From a virus (Duplodnaviria; Caudoviricetes), in IMG/VR virus record IMGVR_UViG_3300030333_004669, positions 1 through 52,674 of that record: a stretch of 52,674 bases of DNA; one strand, 5' to 3'. This document shows, piece by piece, positions 25,382 to 33,875 of this stretch. The notes beneath the pieces were generated by a model. That model had not been told where the DNA came from and did no database searches. It saw nothing but the letters and a program-made list of their open reading frames with translations. The position numbers and the translations under genes are program-made. Position 1 is the stretch's first letter. Every line of letters starts with the position of its first letter.

Positions 25382-26854
25382 TTAGATTGGGACGGAAGTT
25401 AACGAAAGTCTTCCGCTTTTCGGATCGTTGGAAATTTCTAGGTCGGCTGACATCTCTCCGATCAGGGCGTAACTCAGGCTATCAAAGCTGTGCTTATTGT
25501 CATCATTGACAACGTACTGCCCAACACTCTTCCCCTTCCTTAAAAACTTCATCATATCAATCGTTCGGTGGCAGTGAGCACTAATGTGCAACCTGTTGAG
25601 CATTAGTAAATCCTTTATCAGCTTAACCCTTTGCCTGACTGATCCCGCAAACTTTGGTGCGCCAATCATGTTGATTTTCCCATCGCTGGCAGCGGCTACC
25701 ACCCTGTGATCGTATGTGTTTCCTGATGCCCTAAAGCGATTCATGGCAGACATGTCAGACCAATGCGTCCACCTAACTGGCCTTCCTATGTGACTCTCTA
25801 GCTGCTCGATCCGATCCATTGCTTCGCCTGTGAAATCCTCAAGGGATACATCTGCGTGGAGTACAACGAGCTCATCCAGTACCGCCCATCGAACACCATT
25901 CATCGTGCGAACCTTCTCCATGATGTGAAAGGCGTGGTTTCTGTCTCCTAAATCCCAGCCCCCAATTAATTCCGTGCAGTTATCGGAAGGCAATATCACC
26001 TCCCATTCATCCTCTATGGGGGAGTCTGTGTTGCCAACCACATGCAGCGGCGTCTTAAACACCTTTCCAAAATGGGAATCGGTACTACTGGCTGTCCACT
26101 TGCCCAGTACATAACGGTCATATAACTCAGGGTCTGGTCTGAATGTGGCGATCAAATCCTTCCTGTCGTGGTCAGAAAGGTAAGGATTGTCGTGAATCAT
26201 GGATTCAATGATCTGGAACTGCTCGGCGTACTCAGGGTCTGGGTGATCCTCTTGGAACGGCTCCTCGTACCAGAGCTTATAAATCCAGCTAGTCGTTCCT
26301 TCTTCTGCTGGGTTGGTATCTCCGATCCACTGATGTCTGTGGTAATCCAGCCCGGGCAAACGAAGCTGCCCCTTACTGATCGAGAACACGCATGAGTCTT
26401 TGAAGTTTGATAGCTCTGAGAAAAATATCATACTAAATCGGGTTCCCTTGATCTTCTCCTCGATGTCGTGATCTACGTCTAGCGAGTGGAGTTGGATTTC
26501 TGTTTCGCCTCCATGCATGTTGGCGACTTTCATGTAGTTCATCTTGGTCACCCCATCCACTTTGGGTTTAACCGTAATCTCAAATCCGTCCAGATTCTCC
26601 TCCCATTCTGGAATAATCAGGTCAGTCAGGTCAGACCAGACTCCAGATTTAGCGTTGCGAATAGTTTTACAGAAGACGCCAACGCGCCCTCCTTTTGTTT
26701 CCCAGCAATGGCGAACCAGCCTGTGTAGGACACCGATTGTCTTACTGGAATAACGCGGCCCAGAAACAAGCAGGTATCGTTTGGAGCAGTTGAATATTTC
26801 CAACTGTTTTGGGCTGATCGAGGGATACCATGCGCCACTAGCATCAAGAGGCAT
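25382..26854 (-). CDS. terL: Terminase large subunit
   Basis: P.Q..IF...KRYLLVSGPRYSSKT Walker A, Walker B variant IFFSE, DTNP coupling motif, DNPYL, RYVLGKW, nuclease GWDLG...DEL...HSFDSLSY. Confidence 0.9.
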   Translation of the reverse strand: MPLDASGAWYPSISPKQLEIFNCSKRYLLVSGPRYSSKTIGVLHRLVRHCWETKGGRVGVFCKTIRNAKSGVWSDLTDLIIPEWEENLDGFEITVKPKVDGVTKMNYMKVANMHGGETEIQLHSLDVDHDIEEKIKGTRFSMIFFSELSNFKDSCVFSISKGQLRLPGLDYHRHQWIGDTNPAEEGTTSWIYKLWYEEPFQEDHPDPEYAEQFQIIESMIHDNPYLSDHDRKDLIATFRPDPELYDRYVLGKWTASSTDSHFGKVFKTPLHVVGNTDSPIEDEWEVILPSDNCTELIGGWDLGDRNHAFHIMEKVRTMNGVRWAVLDELVVLHADVSLEDFTGEAMDRIEQLESHIGRPVRWTHWSDMSAMNRFRASGNTYDHRVVAAASDGKINMIGAPKFAGSVRQRVKLIKDLLMLNRLHISAHCHRTIDMMKFLRKGKSVGQYVVNDDNKHSFDSLSYALIGEMSADLEISNDPKSGRLSLTSVPI

Positions 26855-26886
26855 ATCCGTGCTAATTTAACGGATTGGAGGCATTT

Positions 26887-27126
26887 ATGGCAAATGAGAT
26901 CACAATAGACCTAACAGACCCTGTTCTCGCTGAGGCTTTAGCTGAGTGTGACCCGGGTGAAACACACACGATCACGATGGATATAAACGTGACAGAGAAG
27001 ACCACCCAACTTGTTGGAACGGTTACTCCAGAATCGGTTGAGAAGTATGGGGAAGAGGAAGAGGTTGCCGAGGAAGCCCCTGCTGCGCCAACTGAAACTC
27101 CTGCTGCCGTTGAGGCGGTCATGTAA
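26887..27126 (+). CDS. Small acidic hypothetical protein
   Basis: GGAGG ends 5 nt before the ATG at 26887. Confidence 0.7.
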   Translation: MANEITIDLTDPVLAEALAECDPGETHTITMDINVTEKTTQLVGTVTPESVEKYGEEEEVAEEAPAAPTETPAAVEAVM

Positions 27127-27377
27127 TGCCGAAGCGGAAGCCTGAGGTTACCTACAACAAGGACGGCACGGTCAACTTGACCCTGCGCTTTTACAACCTA
27201 AGGCCAAAGAAGGGTAGAAACTTTAGGAGTGTAGAATACCACGATGCAGTTTTGAAAAATTCTGATCTAAACGCCTATGTGAAGATTTGGCGAAGGATGC
27301 CAAGGGCAAGGATCAGGAAGATTATGGTAGAATACGCCAAGAATCGCATGATTCAAAACAGTCCAGTTATTATATGA
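27126..27377 (+). CDS. Small basic hypothetical protein
   Basis: Coupled by TAATG and ATGA overlaps on both sides. Confidence 0.65.
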   Translation: MPKRKPEVTYNKDGTVNLTLRFYNLRPKKGRNFRSVEYHDAVLKNSDLNAYVKIWRRMPRARIRKIMVEYAKNRMIQNSPVII

Positions 27378-29656
27378 TTGATCTGAATGTTCTAAATAGT
27401 CGGGGAGTAAACACGGACAAACTAAAGTCCGTGTTCAATCGTGATGATCACTCTGTCCCTGACAAGGCCGTGCCTCTGCTGGACAGAATCCGAGACAGGA
27501 TAGATGACGGGCTTCAGTGGTGCATTAAGAACCACAAAATATATCACGCACTTGATCTGGCTTGGGAAACTCCTTTCCGTCAGGTGAGCTCTACTCTTGC
27601 CTATTCACTCATCAACAAAGACTTGGATGAGAAGACTGTAAAGGAAGCTGCTCGCGATTGGGGGCTGACAGGCATGATAGATGAAGTGACTGACAGCAAG
27701 GGAACATCCCGCAACCTCAACCTGCCGATTTTCTTTAATGTATTTGTTCCGATAGTCCGCGCTTATGTGACCATTCGTTGGGCCAGAATCTACAACGACA
27801 GAAGGCAATATCCTCTGTTTAAGTATGAGATGGCCCAGAACACAACGACCAATAAACTTCGCAGTGACATCATCACGGATCGAATCCAGACGATGGCGAA
27901 CAACTATGGGTATTCTGAAACCTTGAAGCAGGGCATCTTTCACATGCTGCACTACGGCTCCTGCATGATGTTCCCGCAGGAGGAGTGGCATTCGGAGAAG
28001 CAGATACTTAGGAACGATGTAGGAGCAGAGGAGGAGAAGTATGTCAGAGAGGGACTGCGATACCATCTGCCTCATCCTTCAAGAATCTTTTTCGATCAGG
28101 CGCATAGGACAACTACTTTTAACACTGATAGCGGCTGCGAGTTTGCAGGCTATTGGAGGATCATGCGCTACGGTGATATTCGCAGGAATGAAAAGTTCTG
28201 GAACGTGGAGAAAATAAGGTACGGCAGGACTACTGACATGCTTGCGAGTGCCAAGACCTACCTTGAGCTCGTCTCTCCCTGCACAATGGAATTTCCGACA
28301 TCAAGAAATGCTTATGGGATGTTAGATAGGGAGGAGGAGATAGATAGATATTACAATAAATCCGACGATGACAAAGCTGTACTCATTACTGAATACTTTG
28401 AAAAGATCATTCCGTCTGAGCATGGCCTTGGTGATTATGATCATCCTGTATGGTTTCGTTTTTGCTTGGCTAATGATGATACTATTCTCTATGCCGCTCC
28501 TCTACCTTATTGCCCGGTTGTTTACTACGCATACGACCCGCACGAAGGAAGATCAATTAATGCTTCACTGAGTTTAGAGATCGTTCCGTTCCAAGATCAG
28601 ATTGGGAATCTACTATCCCAGTACCTGTTGTCAGTTAAGCAAAACCTAGCCAACATTACATTTGTTGACTCTGATCAGGTTCCCAAGTCGATGATCGACC
28701 AGCTTCAAAACTGGGGGGAGAAAATATTTAGGGGCTTGAACTTCATGCCCTTTAGTTCGCGCCAGAACAAATTCGCTCAGTCTGATGTTAGAGAGGCATT
28801 CAATTCAGTTCGGTTCTCCACGCTCGACACCAATGGGATCGTCGGGGCGATGCGACAAGTCATCGACATGCTGGAGAGGTTACTCGTCATATCCGCACAG
28901 GAAGTTGCTCAGGTCGCAAGCCACGAACAGACGGCTGAGGAAGTCCGAACCGTTGCTTCAACAACATCCACAAGGCTTGCTTTCACGGCAACTGGCGTCG
29001 ATGACGCAATCAACGCATGGAAGGAACAACTTTATCGCGGCCTTATGGCTTACGGTGAAGATGAAATTTACGCAAATATTAACTCCCAGTACACGGTTGA
29101 CTCCCTTCATGCCCTTGGATTCACCGTTACAGAGAAAGACGAGGATCGTTCTGGCTCTGTCAAGGTACGAGGACAAAAGAGCGCACTTGCTCTTGAAAGC
29201 ATTGGTTCTTACCGCGACAGCTTGGATCGGGTTTCTGACAATGCAATGGCTGCTGCTCTGACTCAGTTCTATCAGATAGTGGCCAACGACCCAGAGATTA
29301 GGCAAAGCGTTGGCACTGATCAGATATTGGATGTGATTAATCGAGTCGGCCAGATGCTTGGGTTGCCAAGAGATTTTAAACTTCAAAAGATAAGTGAAGA
29401 CCAAGGGCCAGAGCAGCAGGCCGAACAAATGGCTGCTATAGCGGAGGAAATAAAAGGCTCCGTATTGCAGGAAGTTGGACAGGCATTAGAGCCTATAGCC
29501 CAAAACACTCAACAGAACTCAAGCGCAATAGAACAACTGGTTCAGTTGATTAGTCAGGCTCCACAACCACCTGCCGAATCGCAGTATGATAACATTAACC
29601 AAGCTCCCAGCGGAGTCCCAGAAGGTACTCCAAATCCAGAACTGGTTGAGGCATAA
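27374..29656 (+). CDS. Portal protein (putative)
   Basis: About 760 aa, located between terminase and scaffold/capsid, with a TAEEV motif and a Q/P-rich helical C-terminus. The ATG at 27374 (ATGA overlap) is preferred over TTG 27287. Confidence 0.7.
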   Translation: MIDLNVLNSRGVNTDKLKSVFNRDDHSVPDKAVPLLDRIRDRIDDGLQWCIKNHKIYHALDLAWETPFRQVSSTLAYSLINKDLDEKTVKEAARDWGLTGMIDEVTDSKGTSRNLNLPIFFNVFVPIVRAYVTIRWARIYNDRRQYPLFKYEMAQNTTTNKLRSDIITDRIQTMANNYGYSETLKQGIFHMLHYGSCMMFPQEEWHSEKQILRNDVGAEEEKYVREGLRYHLPHPSRIFFDQAHRTTTFNTDSGCEFAGYWRIMRYGDIRRNEKFWNVEKIRYGRTTDMLASAKTYLELVSPCTMEFPTSRNAYGMLDREEEIDRYYNKSDDDKAVLITEYFEKIIPSEHGLGDYDHPVWFRFCLANDDTILYAAPLPYCPVVYYAYDPHEGRSINASLSLEIVPFQDQIGNLLSQYLLSVKQNLANITFVDSDQVPKSMIDQLQNWGEKIFRGLNFMPFSSRQNKFAQSDVREAFNSVRFSTLDTNGIVGAMRQVIDMLERLLVISAQEVAQVASHEQTAEEVRTVASTTSTRLAFTATGVDDAINAWKEQLYRGLMAYGEDEIYANINSQYTVDSLHALGFTVTEKDEDRSGSVKVRGQKSALALESIGSYRDSLDRVSDNAMAAALTQFYQIVANDPEIRQSVGTDQILDVINRVGQMLGLPRDFKLQKISEDQGPEQQAEQMAAIAEEIKGSVLQEVGQALEPIAQNTQQNSSAIEQLVQLISQAPQPPAESQYDNINQAPSGVPEGTPNPELVEA

Positions 29657-29894
29657 GGAGTGTTCAGACCTCAAATCCCTTCTACTGGGAGACATAGCTT
29701 CTCTACAGGAGAAGGCTTCTCGCGTTTTAATACAAGCAAACGAAGATGAGCGTAAGGTTGCAGATGCTAGGGCAGCGGCATCTGAGGCTGAAGACCTAGT
29801 TAAGTTCGTTGATATGTTGGATAAGATTCAATCTGGAGACTATGAATTTCAAAGAGTCAAAATAGGAGTTTCGGAGAAAATACTATGGAAGTAG
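29586..29894 (+). CDS. Small helical protein between portal and scaffold
   Basis: Typical position in podovirus head modules. Confidence 0.65.
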   Translation: MITLTKLPAESQKVLQIQNWLRHKECSDLKSLLLGDIASLQEKASRVLIQANEDERKVADARAAASEAEDLVKFVDMLDKIQSGDYEFQRVKIGVSEKILWK

Positions 29895-31342
29895 CAGACC
29901 CAGTACAGGAACAGGTTGACATCCAAGCGCCCCCGGGAGTGCAGATGGTCAGCGCCGCAGACTTAGGCAAGCCCCTTATTGATCAAGTACAGGAGCAGGC
30001 AAGTCAGGAGGAACCCGAGCAGCAACAGGAGGAGACTCCTCCCGAGGAGCCGAAGGAGGAAATCAAGGATGCCGCTTCTAGTTTGATGGAGCGCCTTGGG
30101 TACAAGAAACCCAGCGAGGAACCGCCAGCGGAGCCTGAGCCTGAACCCGAGCCTGTTGAAGAAAAGGTCGAAGAGGAGCCAGTGGCTGAGGAAAAGCCAA
30201 AGCGAAAGAGAGGTAGGCCACGGAAGGATGAGTCTATCACGGCCAACGAGATCAAGGACATCATCAGGGAGACAGCTTCATCGGTAGCTGCTGCCAATTC
30301 ACCTAAGGATACTCCACAACAAGTCACGAGTTATGATGAGATAGAGGCACTCAACAAGGATGACTTGGAGATATTTGCCTCACTTGAGGAGAAAGACCCC
30401 AAATACGCAGGCATCAGGGACAAGTACAAAAAGTATCTAGGTTCCTTGAGTGGATACAAAGAGGCATGGGCCAAGGATAATCCCGGTCTTACCTTTAACC
30501 CGAACGATGCAGAGCATGAGGACTGGGTTAACTCCAACATGCCAGAGTTTGATGACAGGGACTTCGATGATGCGAGGATCGAGACAAGGGCCAAGCGCCT
30601 GATAAAAGATCAGGAGCAGAAGTACATGTCTGAACTGGATTCAGTTCGATCTGAGGTGGCAGAAGCCAACATGAAGACCGAGCTACAGGATGGGGCCAAC
30701 AACTCTATTGCTGAGGTTGTCAGCAACATTGATGAGTCCTACTTGAAAATGATTCAAGAGAATGGCGGCGAGGCTTTGGAAGAGGCTGATCCAATCGCTC
30801 ATCATGTCCTAAATGACACACTCTCTCGCAGTGAGAACATGCTCTATGAACTTGAAAAACTGTCCCACCCAAGCAGGAAGTTTAAACTGAATGCAGCAAA
30901 CGAGACACACAAGGAGTTGCTTCAGTTTGCTATGGGTAAGGAGAAGGAGATAGCGGCCCTCTCTCCATCAGATCAAATACACGAAGGGAAGCGCTTTGCT
31001 ACTACTGAGCAGTACGCGAAGATGAGTGATGCCCAGCGACAAAACCATTGGAGGCTGGAGCCATCTCATATCAAGACGATGTATGTGAGCCAAATAAGCC
31101 AAGAAGCGAAGAATCGCATACAATCAGAAAGGGAAAGGTTTGAACGATATATTTCTAAAAAATCCTCTGGGACAAAAAATTCCCAGGGAGGTTCAGTGAA
31201 AAATATTATTAGCCCTGCAAAACGCACGAAACCTCAGCCTCCAGCAACAAGCGGAGAAGCTGTTTCGTCAACAAGCACTGGTGACCCCGGGAAGAACAAT
31301 CTCGGTGATCTGCCAACTTTGAAAAAGTTTCTATGGGGGTGA
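29885..31342 (+). CDS. Capsid scaffolding-like protein
   Basis: Acidic E/P-rich N-terminus, coiled-coil body, directly upstream of the capsid gene; KRKRGRPRK AT-hook-like motif. Confidence 0.6.
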   Translation: MEVADPVQEQVDIQAPPGVQMVSAADLGKPLIDQVQEQASQEEPEQQQEETPPEEPKEEIKDAASSLMERLGYKKPSEEPPAEPEPEPEPVEEKVEEEPVAEEKPKRKRGRPRKDESITANEIKDIIRETASSVAAANSPKDTPQQVTSYDEIEALNKDDLEIFASLEEKDPKYAGIRDKYKKYLGSLSGYKEAWAKDNPGLTFNPNDAEHEDWVNSNMPEFDDRDFDDARIETRAKRLIKDQEQKYMSELDSVRSEVAEANMKTELQDGANNSIAEVVSNIDESYLKMIQENGGEALEEADPIAHHVLNDTLSRSENMLYELEKLSHPSRKFKLNAANETHKELLQFAMGKEKEIAALSPSDQIHEGKRFATTEQYAKMSDAQRQNHWRLEPSHIKTMYVSQISQEAKNRIQSERERFERYISKKSSGTKNSQGGSVKNIISPAKRTKPQPPATSGEAVSSTSTGDPGKNNLGDLPTLKKFLWG

Positions 31343-31373
31343 TACAATCCCAACCTTTAACTCTTTAGGGAGG
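31340..31373 (+). promoter_or_regulatory. Extended -10 element and Shine-Dalgarno of the capsid gene
   Basis: TG-A-TACAAT at 31340-31348; GGGAGG at 31368-31373, ending 8 nt before the ATG. Confidence 0.6.
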
Positions 31374-31381
31374 AAAATATT

Positions 31382-33367
31382 ATGGCTGTAACACAGAACA
31401 CGAATGATGGAGCCCATGCAGGTCATGGGACTAATCAAGCCAATCTCTATCAGGATACGATTGCCGCGAAGGACTCGCAGGGGAATCCAACATCAGCAAA
31501 AACCGCTGTATGGAACTCCTACGCATCTTGCGGAACAATCACACGATCCAATGTAGGATTGGCTGCGCCCGCAGACTTGGATGATATATTTAAGTCGAGT
31601 GGCAATTATCGGGACATGACCCACTTGCTAACAACCCAGATGGAGTTGGCAACTTGCGGGGCTCGTCAGTATGGAATGTATGACTGGTTGATTTCTAGCG
31701 CTAAAAGCGTAGGTAATTTAGTCAACACCAAGAAGATTCAAGGTTCTGGATTTGAGGTTGATCCTTTTATTCTGGCTGCCCAGAAGGATATTATTAAAGA
31801 CAACTACTGGCTGGTTGAAAGGCTTTACACCTTTGAATACAAGACCATGAATGCCACGAGTGGAACCACACTTGTGACTGCTCACGCAGATGACCAGTTG
31901 ATTACCTCTGGATTGGGCGCAGATGCAAAGAACCACAACATCATTAAGGTGAAGGTTCCTGCAACTGGCAACCAGCCAAACTCGGCTAGTTATTTTGCCC
32001 CGGGTATGCACTTCCACTACTTCGTAAAGACTTCGACTGGTAGCGCATATCGCTTAGAGTTTGAGGTCATTCAAGCTATCGGTGGAACGACAGGTTCTGG
32101 TGCAACAACATCGACCGCATCTGCTGAATACATCGACATCGAGTGTAAATTCGTTGGCGGCTACGGTGGGGGCGCTTCGATCAAGTTGGGCACAACTGGT
32201 TCATCTGTTGCTGGCGACTGGGATGCTGACTTTAAGGTTGGCAGTTCAGTGAACGAAACCGCTTTGTCGCTTTTGATTTCAAGGGCTAAAGGCGGCATAG
32301 TTGTCGTTGGCTCTAACAACGTGTCTGATTTTGAGAAATGGTGCGAAAATCGCCCTGCACTTAATACTTTGAAGCACGTTCCGTTTTGGTTCCAGACTTC
32401 ACGTTACTCCCTCTGCGTGGATCAATTCTACAAGGAGTGGTTGGAGCGTATGATGAGGAGCAACGCCTACTTCCAGAAGTTTGGCGATGTTCCACTGGCA
32501 GAACGCAACAAGCAGTTGGGCTTACAGTTCCAAAAAGAGTGGGTTAACCAGTTCTTCTTTGGTCAACCACTTAATGGTCAAACGCTTGCTGGTTATCAAG
32601 CTAACCTTTCTCCGATTAATTCTTACGACCCGAGCCACACTGAACTCACTTCTGGCATGGAGGGTAAGTTCATCAGTTACCGAGCCAATGCTACTGGTAT
32701 TTATCGCCAGTTGCAGGACACGGGCCGCGTGACCGATAAGCAGGGAGGGCAGCTAAACCTCGAAACAGACTTGTTCGATAAGCTGTTTGAGTTGGTTCGC
32801 TCTCGGAAGGATCAAGGCAAGCCAGCCGATTCCGTTGATGTCTTTACCGACTCGACTACGGCTCGCAAGATTATGAAGGCGATGATTGCCTACTATAAGG
32901 CAGAAGGTCTTGATAACGTGAACTACAATATGGAAGGGGGTAACTTGTTTGGTGGGTTCTACGCCACATCTTACAACTTGCATCACCCTGCTGGAGTTCA
33001 GATGAACGTCATCACGAACGAGTTCTTTGATGATATGGCTACTGTTGCCGCATTAGGTGACACCCGCACATACAAGTCTGGTGGCACTGCTGCCACTTCT
33101 GACGGTTCTGCTGGTCGATTCTTGATGATCCTTGACTTGGGTGGAGGTATCTACCCGGGCATGATTGATTCTAATCGTGTGGTTCACACTACTGGCGAGT
33201 TGGAAAACTTGGCCAAGGTTAACGAGGATTACGCTTGCGTGATGAAAAACCCAACGAAGGAGGTTACTCTTAACTCCCAGACTTGGACGGCGATTGTTGA
33301 GTGTCCTACCGATAACCTGATTATCGAGAACTTCGACAGCCAGACGCCAGCACACGGTAACGCTTAA
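31382..33367 (+). CDS. Major capsid protein (putative, with a large insertion)
   Basis: Follows the scaffold, has the strongest SD in the window and is followed by a terminator. 661 aa with a G/T/S-rich internal domain; EWVNQFFFG backbone-helix-like motif. Confidence 0.7.
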   Translation: MAVTQNTNDGAHAGHGTNQANLYQDTIAAKDSQGNPTSAKTAVWNSYASCGTITRSNVGLAAPADLDDIFKSSGNYRDMTHLLTTQMELATCGARQYGMYDWLISSAKSVGNLVNTKKIQGSGFEVDPFILAAQKDIIKDNYWLVERLYTFEYKTMNATSGTTLVTAHADDQLITSGLGADAKNHNIIKVKVPATGNQPNSASYFAPGMHFHYFVKTSTGSAYRLEFEVIQAIGGTTGSGATTSTASAEYIDIECKFVGGYGGGASIKLGTTGSSVAGDWDADFKVGSSVNETALSLLISRAKGGIVVVGSNNVSDFEKWCENRPALNTLKHVPFWFQTSRYSLCVDQFYKEWLERMMRSNAYFQKFGDVPLAERNKQLGLQFQKEWVNQFFFGQPLNGQTLAGYQANLSPINSYDPSHTELTSGMEGKFISYRANATGIYRQLQDTGRVTDKQGGQLNLETDLFDKLFELVRSRKDQGKPADSVDVFTDSTTARKIMKAMIAYYKAEGLDNVNYNMEGGNLFGGFYATSYNLHHPAGVQMNVITNEFFDDMATVAALGDTRTYKSGGTAATSDGSAGRFLMILDLGGGIYPGMIDSNRVVHTTGELENLAKVNEDYACVMKNPTKEVTLNSQTWTAIVECPTDNLIIENFDSQTPAHGNA

Positions 33368-33412
33368 TACTATTTCCTAATACTGCTACTGTTATCTAGG
33401 AATAAGCATCAG

Positions 33413-33443
33413 CGGGGAGGTTGTCACGACCTCCCCGTTTTTT
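33413..33443 (+). terminator. Rho-independent terminator after the capsid gene
   Basis: CGGGGAGGT-TGTCACG-ACCTCCCCG followed by TTTTTT. Confidence 0.85.
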
Positions 33444-33461
33444 GTTATACTACTGGCTGCT

Positions 33462-33875
33462 ATGGCGAAGCCGAAAACGCACTACTGGAAGAAGAATAAT
33501 CCTCGTAATCCTGTACCATTAAAAAATGGGGGATACCTTGAGTTAGAAATAATAGCTCAAAATGAAGGGGTGGCCCAAGTTACCGATCCCGAGATACAGG
33601 AAATACTTATTGGCATGCTTGGAACCTATGGGCTTGAGCAAATAGATAAAGCCACCTACGAGGACTTAAAAAAAAACAGGTCATCAACCTTCTTAAAGCC
33701 TCAGGTGCGAGAGGAAATTGGGGGGATCAGTCAGGCGCAAGACCCAACATTCAGCCCTCAAACAATCGAGGTGGATGCAATTGTGCAAAGCGATGAGCCT
33801 GCCAGTCCTAATCAGGCTTTGCCTTTGCCAGAAGATTACAAGCCGACAGCCTCTAAACGATCCAAACCTAAATGA
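33462..33875 (+). CDS. Hypothetical protein
   Basis: 137-aa ORF with an ATGA overlap with the next gene. Confidence 0.7.
   Translation: MAKPKTHYWKKNNPRNPVPLKNGGYLELEIIAQNEGVAQVTDPEIQEILIGMLGTYGLEQIDKATYEDLKKNRSSTFLKPQVREEIGGISQAQDPTFSPQTIEVDAIVQSDEPASPNQALPLPEDYKPTASKRSKPK

Noticed and set aside
27287-27373. TTG start extending the portal protein
   Set aside because: It overlaps the upstream gene. The ATG at 27374 gives the ATGA coupling typical of this genome.
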